Assembly: GCF_963921235.1 (NCBI RefSeq)
Contig: NC_086109.1
Coordinates: forward strand, 1,736,001-1,800,000
From: Mobula hypostoma
Taxonomy: Eukaryota
Length of the DNA stretch: 64,000 nucleotides
Direction of reading: 5' to 3'
The position numbers and the translations under genes were made by a program. The notes beneath the pieces were generated by a model that had not been told where the DNA came from, made no database searches, and saw nothing but the letters and a program-made list of their open reading frames with translations. Of this stretch, positions 22,915 through 34,530 are shown in pieces. Within the stretch, counting starts at the first letter, position 1. Each line of letters starts with the position of its first letter.

Positions 22915-25900
22915 TAGAAACATAGAAAATAGGTGCAGGAGTAGGCCATTCGACCCTTCGAGCCTGCACCGCCATTTATTATGATCATGGCTGATCATCC
23001 AACTCAGAACCCTGCACAAGCCTTCCCTCCATACCCTCTGATCCCCCTAGCCACAAGGGCCATATCTAACTCCCTCTTAAATATAGCCAATGAACTGGCC
23101 TCAACTGTTTCCTATGGCAGAGAATTCCACAGATTCACCACTCTCTGTGTGAAGAAGTTTTTCCTAATCTCAGCGCTAAAAGGCTTCGCCTTTATCCTCA
23201 AACCGTGACCCCTCGTACTGGACTTCCCCAACATCGGGAACAATCTTCCTGCATCTAGCCTGTCCAATCCCTTTAGGATTTTATATGTTTCAATCAGATC
23301 CCCTCTCAATCTTCTAAATTCCAATGAGTACAAGCCTAGTTCATCCAGTCTTTCTTCATATGAAAGTCCTGCCATCCCAGGAATCAATCTGGTGAACCTT
23401 CTTTGTACTCCCTCTATGGCAAGGATGTCTTTCCTCAGATTAGGGGACCAAAACTGCACACAATACTCCAGGTGTGGTCTCACCAAGGCCTTGTACAACT
23501 GCAGTAGTACCTCCCTGCTCCTGTACTCGAATCCTCTTGCTATAAATGCCAGCATACCATTCGCCTTTTTCACCGCCTGCTGTACCTGCATGTCCATTTT
23601 CAATGACTGGTGTATAATGACACCCAGGTCTCGTTGCACCTCCCCTTTTCCTAATCGGCCACCATTCAGATAATAATCTGTTTTCCTATTTTTGCCACCA
23701 AAGTGGATAACTTCACATTTATCCACATTAAATTGCATCTGCCATGAATTTGCCCACTCACCCAACCTATCCAAGTCACCCTGCATCCTCTTAGCATCCT
23801 CCTCACAGCTAACACTGCCGCCCAGCTTCGTGTCATCCGCAAACTTGGAGATGCTGCATTTAATTCCCTCATTCAAGTCATTAATATATATTGTAAACAA
23901 CTGGGGACCCAGCACGGAGCCTTGCGGTACCCCACTAGTCACTGCCTGCCATTCTGAAAAGGTCCCGTTTATTCCCACTCTTTGCTTCCTGTCTGTTAAC
24001 CAATTCTCTACCCACATCAATACCTTACCCCCAATACCGTGTGCTTTAAGTTTGCACACTAATCTCCTGTGTGAGACCTTGTCAAAAGCCTTTTGAAAAT
24101 CCAAATATACCACATCCACTGGTTCTCCCCTATCCACTCTACTAGTTACATCCTCAAAAAATTATGAGATTCGTCAGACATGATTTTCCTTTCACAAATC
24201 CATGCTGACTTTGTCCGATGATTTCACCGCTTTCCAAATGTGCTGTTATCACATCTTTGATAACTGACTCCAGCAGTTTCCCCACCACCGACGTAAGGCT
24301 AACTAGTCTATAATTCCCCGGTTTCTCTCTCCCTTCTTTTTTAAAAAGTGGGGTTACATTAGCCACCCTCCAATCCTCAGGAACTAGTCCAGAATCTAAC
24401 GAGTTTTGAAAAATTATCACTAATGCATCCACTATTTCTTGGGCTACTTCCTTAAGCACTCTGGGATGCAGACTATCTGTCCCTGGGAATTTATCTGTCT
24501 TTAATCCCTTCAATTTACCTAACACCACTTCCCTACTAACATGTATTTCGCTCAGTTCCTCCATCTCACGGGACCCTCTGTCCCCTACTATTTCTGGAAG
24601 ATTATTTATGTCCTCCTTAGTGAAGACAGAACCAAAGTAATTATTCAATTGGTCTGCCATGTCCTTGCTCCCCATAATCAATTCACCTGTTTCTACCTGC
24701 AGGGGACCTACATTTGTCTTTACCAGTCTTTTCCTTGTTACATATCTATAAAAGCTTTTACAGTCAGTTTTTATGTTCCCTGCCAGTTTTCTCTCATAAT
24801 CTTTTCTCCCCTTCCTAATTAAGCCCTTTGTCCTCCTCTGCTGAACTCTGAATTTCTCCCAGTCCTCAGGTGAGCCACTTTTTCTGGCTAATTTGTATGC
24901 TTCTTCTTTGGAATTGATACTATCCCTAATTTCTCTTGTCAGCCACGGGTGCACTACCTTCCTTGATTTATTCTTTTGCCAAACTGGGATGAACAATTGT
25001 TGTAGTTCATCCATGCAATCTTTAAATGCTTGCCATTGCATATCCACCGTCAATCCTTTAAGTGTCATTTGCCAGTCTATCTTAGCTAATTCACGTCTCA
25101 TACCTTCAAAGTTACCCCTCTTTAAGTTCAGAACTTTTGTTTCTGAACTAACTATGTCACTCTCCATCTTAATGAAGAATTCCACCATATTATGGTCACT
25201 CTTACCCAAGGGGTCTCTCACGACAAGATTGCTAATTAACCCTTCCTCAATGCTCAATACCCAGTCTAGAATAGCCTGCTCTCTAGTTGGTTCCTTGACA
25301 TGTTGGTTCAAAAAAACCATCCCGCATACATTCCAAGAAATCCTCTTCCTCAACACCTTTACCAATTTGGTTCACCCAAACTACATGTAGATTGAAGTCA
25401 CCCATTATAACTGCTGTTCCTTTATTGTACACATTTCTAATTTCCTGTTTAATACCATCCCCGACCTCACTACTACTGTTAGGTGGCCTGTACACAACTC
25501 CCGCCAGCGTTTTCTGCCCCTTAGTGTTATGCAGCTCTACCCATATCGATTCCACATCTTCCCGGCTTATGTCCTTCCTTTCTATTGTGTTAATCTCCTC
25601 TTTAACCAGCAACGCCACCCCACCTCCTTTTCTTTCATGTCTATCCCTCCTGAGTATTGAATATCCCTGAACGTTGAGCTCCCATCCTTGGTCACCCTGG
25701 AGCCATGTCTCTGTGATCCCAACTATATCATAATCATCAATAACAATCTGCACTTTCAATTCATGCACCTTGTTACGAATGCTCCTTGCATTGACACACA
25801 AAGCCTTCAGGCGCTCTTTTACAACTCTCTTAGCCCTTATACAATTATGTTGAAAAGTGGCCCTTTTTGCTGTTGCCCTGGATTTGTCGGCCTGCCACTT

Positions 25901-26840
25901 TTACTTTTCACCTTACTACTTTTTGCTTCTACCCTCACTTTACACCCCTCTGTCTCTCTGCACTGGTTCCCATCCCCCTGTTGTGAACTAACCTCCTCTC
26001 GCCTAGCCTCTTTAATTTGATTCCCACCCCCCAACCATTCTAGTTTAAAGTCACCTCAGTAGCCCTCGCTAATCTCCCTGCCAGGATATTGGTCCCCCTA
26101 GGATTCAAGTGTAACCCGTCCTTTTTGTACAGGTCACGCCTGCGCCAAAAGAGGTCCCAATGATCCAAAAACTTGAATCCCTGCCCCCTGCTCCAATCCC
26201 TCAGCCACGCATTTATCCTCCACCTCATCGTATTCCTACTCTCACTGTCGCGTGGCACAGGCAGTAATCCCGAGATTACTACCTTTGCAGTCCTTTTTCT
26301 CAACTCCCTTCCTAGCTCCCTATATTCTCCTTTCAGGACCTCTTCCCTTTTCCTACCTATGTCATTGGTACCTATATGTACCACGACCTCTGGCTCCTCA
26401 CCCTCCCACTTCAGGATATCTTGGACACGATCAGAAATATCCTGGACCCTGGCACCAGGAAGGCAGACTACCATCTGGGTCTCTGGACTGCGTCCACAGA
26501 ATCACCTATCTGACCCCCTTACTAACGAGTCTCCTATTACTACTGCCCTCCTCTTCCTTTCCCTACCCTTCTGAGCTACAGGGCTGGACTCTGTGCCGGA
26601 GGCATGGCCACTGTCGCTTCCCCGGGTAAGCTGTCCCCCCCAACAGTACTCAAACAGGAGTACCTATTGTTAAGGGGCACAGCCACTGGGGTACTCTCTA
26701 TTACCTGACTCTTCCCCTTCCTCCTCCTAACCATGACCCACTTGTCAGCCTCCCGTGGCCCCGGTGTGACCACCTGCCTATAACTCCTCTCTATCAACTC
26801 CTCACTCTCCCTGACCAGACGAAGGTCATCGAGCTGCAGC
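22915..26840 (-). mobile_element. CR1 family A copy, 5'-truncated within ORF1
   Basis: Highly similar to 8560-12490. ORF2 is broken by frameshifts near 24146 and 25315, and esterase ORF1 lies at 26040-26842. Confidence 0.92.
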
Positions 26841-27759
26841 ATAAATGGAAAACTGAGTCATAAAGCAAATACGCAGTGGAGCGGAGTATCTGGCTAACGT
26901 TCTAACTGGAAAACCCACTGTGTCACCAGGGGTCTACACTTACATACCTGGTGAGAACAGGTCATCACGTGACCTCACATTGATGGGTCAATTACATCAT
27001 GTGACCTCCGCAAGACCATTACATCATCCTCATAAGACAGTCACGAGATATCCATGCGATATGTAACATTACACTGAATATAGTGTCCCAGTGAGTGACA
27101 CAGCACACTCACACACAGCAATATGGTTCCTGACTCGGAGGCCTCCATTGGCCAGGGTTGAGCGTGGATGTTGCCTCCTAACTGTCTGGATACACAAGCC
27201 TGGACAGTACAATATGGAGAGCAAGCTCCCTCTCCATGCATCTGATGAACCCAAAGGAAGGGCAGAGCCAATGCAGTTTGGCACCGGCAGTGTCGCTGGG
27301 GTTATCAGACATTAAAGTCAACAGCCTTAACATTCCAGCTCCAGGTTTTTCCCTGAAGCCTTCCCCATGAGTGGGTATAGTCGCAAATCCGTGGAGGTTT
27401 GAGATCAGAGTTTTCTTTCTGCATCTGCCCGAAGCCACTGGTTTAACCCGCTGAAGTAACCCACCTTTACCCCTTTTCCTGTCGGTAGAAACGGTTACAC
27501 TGAGCTTAGTAGCTGACCCACACGTGAAGGTCAGGAGCTCGACTTGGTTGTCAGAGGTATTTGAGACACACACATTTCATAGGTGGTGGGAGATTATCCC
27601 CACTACCAACCCCGGCCATAACAACTTCAACAAATCACTGCTGACTCACTCTTCCAGTAATTCATCATGATGTTAAAATGTTTTCTTTACTCCCTCTTGT
27701 TGCCTGTTTCCAATCTAAACAAATGTACCACAACCCAAGATCTACCAGTTAGTAGGTTA

Positions 27760-28350
27760 AAGTTCAAAATACATTTATTATCAAAGTATTTTTATTATAT
27801 ATATATATCTTTGTGATTCGTCTCCTTACAGGGAGCCACAAAACAAAGAAACCCAATAGAATCCATTAAGAAAAGACCGTCAAACACCTAATGTGCAGTA
27901 AAAAAAAATTGTGTGAACAATGAAAGTAAACAAATAACATTCAGAAGGGAAGATCCTGAAAGTGAGTCCACAGCCACGAAGCCAGGCATCACTGAAGCTG
28001 ATCCAGGAGCCTGTTAGTTGTAGGCCGCAGCCTCAGTTCAGCACAGAGATGAGTAAATCTCACTGTGCAGTGTGGTGAACACTGGCCTGTACCTTACCTT
28101 TGACCCCAACACCCTGACCTTTACAATCTGGCCGGCATGTAAATCATGCAAACATCAGCTTACTCCTCACTCTTGGACCAGGTACTGCTGTTTGGATACA
28201 CCCTCGGGTCCGGGCCTCACTGCCTCGAGTTGGCCTGTACCCAACCTTTCCAATTCAGCCCGGCACTTAAATCGGTCAAACCTCGGGTCTTCCTTCACTC
28301 TCGGGCCGAGGCCCTGCCACCTCAATACAGTCATAACTGGAATCAGATTT
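27760..28350 (-). mobile_element. Non-coding short retroposon-like element
   Basis: The left end is the reverse complement of AATAAATGTATTTTGAACTTT, the same tail type as at 19220-19250. Confidence 0.5.
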
Positions 28351-28695
28351 AACATCACTGGCATATGTCTTGAAATTTGTTAACTTTACGGCAGCGGTAC
28401 ATGGTAACACATGATAAATAAATATAGAGAAAAAAGCTGAGTTACATTAAATATATACATGTCTATTAAATAGTTAATTTAAAATAAGTAATGCAAAATA
28501 AATTTAAAAAATATAGTTACAGTAGGTAGTGTTCACGGGTTCAATATCTATTTAGGAATTGGATGGCCGAGGGGAAGAAGCTATTCCTGAATCGCTGAGT
28601 GTGTGCCTTCAGGCTCCTGTACCTCCTCCCTGATGGTAACGGTGTGAAGAGGGCATGCCCTGGGTAGTGGGGATCCTTAACGATGGATGCCCACC
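28351..28695 (-). mobile_element. Rex1/Babar 3' end
   Basis: Similar to 38871-39230 (GGAAGAAGCT...CCTGAATCGCTGAGTGTGTGCCTTCAGGCT). Confidence 0.75.
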
Positions 28696-28925
28696 TGAAG
28701 CACCTTCAATAACTCCAAAAGACTGAGGTTTGGTAAAATACTGAAAGGCTTTTATTCGCTGTACAATACGACCTCCACAGTGAGTGTCTGCCCCCGGACT
28801 GAGAGGAAGAGCAATGGCGAAACACCTTTATACAGGACTCTGTGGGAGGAGCCACAGGGGCAGTCAGCAGAGGGGTGTGTCCAGACAGGTAACCCAATTA
28901 CAACATATATATGTGATTTACCACG
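28696..28925 (-). repeat. Short 3' LTR (230 bp)
   Basis: Follows the PPT AAAAAAAGGAGGGGTGAA on the minus strand. It ends ...CTTCA; the 5' TG is mutated to CG. An AATAAA is present on the minus strand. Confidence 0.75.
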
Positions 28926-28994
28926 TTCACCCCTCCTTTTTTTAAAAAGAGTCCCGCGGGGTGAAGTGACTGACAATATTTACAAGAAGTATAT

Positions 28995-31374
28995 TTACAG
29001 GTTAAGTCTATCAGGCGGTCGAGTCCGTTGCTGTGATCTACGTAGCACCGGCAATGGCGGTTGTGCTGGCTCTGGCCTGACTTCAGGTGTCAGCACGTTA
29101 GGCGTCGGTAATCCCTCGTGCGTGTGCGTCGCGCTCGGTATGGGAGTGTTGTGTGGTGTCTGTATAGGGTTTGGGGTGCACGGTGTCTCGTAGGTACATA
29201 CATTGGTGGATACGGGATTAATAGTCACTACGGAGTGTTCAGGGTAGGGGCCCGGAGCTCCTGCGGGCACCAGGTTGCGGATGGAGACCGTGTCCTCCCG
29301 CCCATCAGGTAAAACCACGTAGGCGTACTGGGGGTTCGCATGAAGTAAGTGAACCCCCTCGACCATCGGGGAGTATTTATTGCTCCTCGCATGTTTCCGG
29401 AGCAGCACTGGCCCCGGGGACGTCAGCCAAGTTGGTAGGGTGGTTCCAGTGGTCGATTTTCGGGGAAAAGAAAAGAGCCGCTCATGAGGGGTGGCATTGG
29501 TGGCCGTGCATAACAGGGAGCGGATGGAGTGGAGTGCCTCGGGAAGGACCTCCTGCCAGCGGGAGACCGGCAGTCCCTTTGACCTGAGGGCTAAGAGTGT
29601 GGCTTTCCACACTGTGCCATTCTCCTTCTCCACCTGTCCATTCCCCCGGGGATTATAGCTCGCGGTCCTACTGGTTCCAATTCCCCTAGCCAGTAGATAT
29701 TGGCGCAGCTCGTCACTCATAAACGAGGACCCTCTGTCACTGTGGATATAGCATGGGTATCCGAACAGAGTGAAGAGCTTGTGCAGGGCTTTTATAACTG
29801 ACGTGGTAGTGGTGTCGGGGCAGGGGATGGCGAAGGGGAACCGCGAGTACTCATCGATAACATTAAGAAAGTACACATTGCGGTCGGAGGACGGAAGGGG
29901 GCCCTTAAAGTCAACACTCAGTCGCTCAAAGGGGCGGGTGGCCTTGATGAGTTGTGCCTTTTCGGGTCGGTAGAAGTGCGGTTTGCACTCTGCGCAGACT
30001 TGGCAGTCCCTGGTCATCATCCTGATCTCCTCAAGGGAGTAAGGCAGGTTCCTGGCTTTCACGAAGTGGAAAAGCCGGTGACCCCCGGGTGGCAAAGGTC
30101 TACATGTAGAGCGTATAGCCAGTCGATCTGCGCGCTGGCGCATGTTCCCTGGGATAGGGCATTGGAGGGCTCGTTGAGCTTCCCAGGCCTGTACATGATG
30201 TCATAGTTGTAGGTGGAGAGTTCGATTCTCCACCTCAGAATTTTATCATTTTTGATTTTGCTCTGCTGTTGGTTATTAAAAATGAATGCGACTGAGCGCT
30301 GGTCAGTTAGCAGGGTGAACCTTTTGCCGGCAAGATAGTGCCTCCAGTGCCTTATAGCTTCCACTATGGCCTGGGCCTCTTTCTCCACCGCAGAGTGCTG
30401 AATTTCAGGGCCTTGAAGGGTACAGGAGAAGAACGCCACTGGTCTTCCTGCCTGGTTGAGGGTAGCAGCCAGCGCAAAGTCGGAGGCGTCACTCTCCACT
30501 TGGAAGGGAATGGCCTCATCCACCGCATGCATTGCTGCTTTGGCAATGTCCCCTTTTATGCGGTTGAAGGCCACGTGGGCCTCGGCAGAGAGGGGGAATG
30601 TGGTGGACTTGACTGGGGGCGGGCCTTGTCTGCGTAGTTAGAGACCCATTGGGCGTCATATGAAAAGAAGCCCAGGCACCTTTTGAGGGCTCTGAGGGTG
30701 TTGGGAAGAGGGAGTTCCAACAAGGGGCACATACGGTCGGGGTCAAGGCCAATGACTCCATTCTCCATGACACACCCAAGGATAGCAAGTCGGGTGGTTC
30801 TGAACACACACTTGTCCTTGTTATAGCTGAGGTTGAAAGATTTGGCCGCTTGGAGAAATTTTTGGAGGTTGTTGTCGTGATCCTGCTGGTCGTGACCGCA
30901 GATGGTGATGTTATCCAGATATGGGAACGTGGCCTTCAGTTGGCACTGGTCCACCATCCGGTCCATTTCCCCCTGGAAGACAGATACACCATTCGTGACA
31001 CCAAAGGGGACGCGCAGGAAGTGATAAAGCCTGCCGTCCGCCTCGAAGGCAGTGTAAGGACGGTCCTCCCGGCGGATGGGGAGCTGATGGTAAGCGGATT
31101 TTAGGTCTATGGTCGAGTACACCTTGTACTGTGCTATCTGATTGACCATATCCATGATGCGGGGTAGAGGGTACGCGTCGAGCTGTGTGACCCTATTGAT
31201 GGTCTGGCTATAGTCCACGACCATCCTATTCTTCTCCCCATTCCGAACAACCACCACCTGTGCCCTCCTTGGACTTGTGCTTACCTCAGTGACCCCCTCC
31301 CTGAGCAGCCGCTGCACCTCCGACTTAATGAAAGCTCTGTCCCCCGCGCTGTACCTCCTGCTTTTAGTTTCCAC
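28995..31374 (-). pseudogene. Gypsy pol (RT, RNase H, integrase) in three frameshifted ORFs
   Basis: ORFs 30556-31374, 30059-30574 and 28995-30143. Confidence 0.88.
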
Positions 31375-31495
31375 AGGTTTACAGTCGGGGGTCAGGTTGG
31401 CGAACAGCGATGGGGGAGGGATCCTGAGGGTGGAGGGGCCGCAAGTGGCGTCGGTAGTGTGGCAGTTGGCATGGTGTTGGGTGGGATGTGCGGGT

Positions 31496-31497
<2 letters not shown>

Positions 31498-31540
<43 letters not shown>
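31498..31540. repeat. (GT)n microsatellite of about 21 units
   Basis: Read directly; flanked on both sides by GGGTCAGT. Confidence 0.95.
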
Positions 31541-31542
<2 letters not shown>

Positions 31543-31587
31543 GTCAGTAGTGGGGTATGTGCTGTATCCCTACAAAACCGGGAATTT

Positions 31588-32517
31588 ACATAGAACATAG
31601 AATAGTACAACACAGTACAGGCCCTTCGGCCCACAATGTTGTGCCAACCCTCAAACCCTGCCTCCCATATAAGCCCCCACCTCAAATTCCTCCATATACC
31701 TGTCTAGTAGTCTCTTAAACTTCACTAGTGTATCTGCCTCCACCACTGACTCAGGCAGTGCATTCCATGCACCAACCACTCTCTGAGTAAAAAACCTTCC
31801 TCTAATATCCCCCTTGAACTTCCCACCCCTTACCTTAAAGCCATGTCCTCTTGTATTGAGCAGTGGTGCCCTGGGGAAGAGGCGCTGGCTATCCACTCTA
31901 TCTATTCCTCTTATTATCTTGTACACCTCTATCATGTCTCCTCTTATCCTCCTGCTCTCTAAAGAGTAAAGCCCTAGCTCCCTTAATCCCTGATCATAAT
32001 GCATACTCTCTAAACCAGGCAGCATCCTGGTAAATCTCCTCTGTACCCTTTCCAATGCTTCCAAATCCTTCCTCTATTGAGGTGACCAGAACTGGACCCA
32101 GTACTCCAAGTGTGGCCTAACCAGAGTTTTATAGAGCTGCATCATTACATCGCGACTCTTAAACTCTATCCCTCAACTTATGAAAGCTAACACCCCATAA
32201 GCTTTCTTAACTACCCTATCTACCTGTGACGCAACTTTCAGGGATCAGTGGACACGTACCCCCAGATCCCTCTGCTCCTCCACACTACCAAGTATCCTGC
32301 CATTTACTTTGTACTCTGCCTTGGAGTTTGTCCTTCCAAAGTGTACCACCTCACACTTCTCCGGGTTGAACTCCATCTGCCACTTCTCAGCCCACTTCTG
32401 CATCCTATCAATGTCTCTCTGCAATCTTTGACAATCCTCTACACTATCTACAACACCACCGACCTTTGTGTCTTCTGCAAACTTGCCAACCCACCCTTCG
32501 ACCCCCACATCCAGGTC
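31588..32517 (-). mobile_element. 5'-truncated CR1 inserted between Gypsy PR and RT
   Basis: KFAEDTKVGG...LERVQRRFTRMLPG reading and an ACATAGA-type tail. Confidence 0.88.
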
Positions 32518-32880
32518 GACAGTAATTGGTGGGAGGGGTCCATCATACTCCATTGTCACTCTTTTCAGGTGGCTCTGGAAGTCGAGCCCCAATAGCACAG
32601 GGGCACACAGTTGAAGCATGACCAGTAACGTAAAGTCTCGATATTGTTTGCCCTGCACCACTAGTGTCACTACACAACCACCCCCCCCCGGATGTCTGTT
32701 GTATGCGACCCGGAAGCCATGGTGACCCTTTGACTTACCGGCCGTATCATGAGTCCGCAATGCTGCACCGTGTCTGGGTGGATAAAACTCTCCGTGCTGC
32801 CCGTGTCAAACAGGCAGCTTGTCCTGCGCCCCTCCCCCAGGATGTCCATCATTGAGCTGGTGGAGAGCGCTTTGGTCGAG
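32518..32880 (-). pseudogene. Gypsy aspartic protease
   Basis: TSCLFDTGSTESFI...LLGLDF, with one frameshift. Confidence 0.8.
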
Positions 32881-33199
32881 GGTCACGGAAGCCAGGGTGG
32901 GGTCGCTGTCCTGGTCCGGTGCGGTGGGGTGCCCCGTGAGCACCGTTGGTCGTAGGTGGTGGGAGGTGGCACCGACCAAGATGGCTGCCCCCATGTCTCA
33001 CATGACGGTTGTGCTGGCTCCGGCCTGACTTGAGCTGCCAGCACATTAGGCGTCGGTAACCCCTCGTGCGTGTGCATCGCACCCAGTATGAGAGTGTCGT
33101 GTGGTGTCTGTGTAGGGCTTGGAGTGTGCGGTGTCTCGTGGGTACGTATATCGGTGGGTACGGGGTCAATAGTCACCACGGAGTGTTCAGGGTAGGTAT

Positions 33200-34450
33200 A
33201 GTTGATGTCTTGCCTTCTTTATATTTGTATCAATATGTTGGGAGCAGGTTAGGTGCTCAATGATATTGACATCCAGGAACTTGAAACTGCTCACTCTCTC
33301 CACTTCTGATCCCTCTGTGAGGATTGGTCTGTGTTCCCTCGTCTTACCCTTCCTGAAATCCACAATCAGCTCTTTGGTCTTCCTGACATTGAGTGCAAGG
33401 ATGTTACTGCGACACCACTAAACTGACAGGTATATCTCACTCCTGTACGCCCTCTCGTCACCACCATCTGAAACTCTGCCAAAAATGGTTGTCTCAACAG
33501 CAAATTTGCAGATGCTGTTTGTGCTCTGCCTTGCCACACAGTCAAGGGAGTTGAGGGAGTACAGAAGTGGACAAAGCACACATCCCTGTGGAGCGCCAGT
33601 GTTAATTGTCAGCGAGGTGGAGATGTTGTTTCCAATCCGCTCAGATTGTGGTTTTCCGGTTAGGAAGTCAAGGATCCGGTTGCAGAGGGAGTTACAGAGG
33701 CCCAGGTTCTGTAGCTTTTCTATCAGTACTGTGGAAATGATGGTGTTAGACGCTTAGCTATAGTCAATAAACAACATCCTGACATAGGTATTTGCATTGT
33801 CCAGGAGTTTCAAGGCAGTGAGATCGTATCTGCCGTAGACCTATTGTGGCGATAGACAAATTGCAGTGGGTCCCGGTCCTTCCTGTGACAGGCGTTGAGT
33901 CTGACCATGAGCAACCTCTCTAAGCGTTTCATCACTGTAGATGTGAGCGCTGTGGACGACAGTTGTTGAGGCAGCTCACGCGACTCTTGGGCACTGGTAT
34001 AATTGTTGCCCTTTTGAAGCAGGTGGGAACTTCCGACTGTAGCAGTGAGAGATTGAAAATGTCTTTGAATACTCCTGCCAGTTGTGTGGCACAAGTTTTC
34101 AGGGCCTCACCTGGTACTCCATCGAGACCTGCCAACTTGCGAGCGTTCACCCTCGTGAAAGACAGCCTGACATCGGCCTCCAGGTCAGAGATCACAGGGT
34201 CACTGGGTGCAGCAGGGATCCTCAGAGCTGTAATTTTATTCTCCCTTTCAAAGCGGGCATAAAAGATGCTGAGCATGTCTGGTAGTGAAGTATCGCTGCT
34301 GTTCATGTTATTGGGTTTCACTTTGTAGAAAGTAATGTCCTACAATCTGGCCAGAGTTGATGTACATCCGATGTCACCTCCAACCTCGTTCGGAATTGTC
34401 TCTTCACTCTTGAAATAACCCTCAGCAAATCATATCTGGCTTTCTTGTAC
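33200..34450 (-). mobile_element. Decayed Rex1/Babar RT segment
   Basis: VNARKLAGLDGVPG, DIFNLSL, ALTSTVMKRLERL and FKFLDVNI-like readings. It probably continues the 28351-28695 fragment. Confidence 0.8.
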
Positions 34451-34530
34451 AGACATGAGTAACCAAACTTAAATGGACTTAAATAGCATCAAATAGTATC
34501 AGCCCTCAGCAGACGACAAACCCCCTGGTT

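Larger units (their letters stand above)
28696..33196 (-). mobile_element. 5'-deleted Ty3/Gypsy element (gag end, PR, RT, RH, IN, PPT, 3' LTR) with canonical domain order
   Basis: PR has LFDTGS, RT has YLDN, RH has VESDASD and IN has DFKGP/HSDRG/GQVEKEN. A PPT lies at 28926-28943. No 5' LTR is present. Confidence 0.9.

Noticed and set aside
27290-27630. Possible RTE-type 5' UTR with an HDV-like ribozyme
   Set aside because: I could not find the complementary P1 strand or a nested pseudoknot by eye. The segment is left unclassified.
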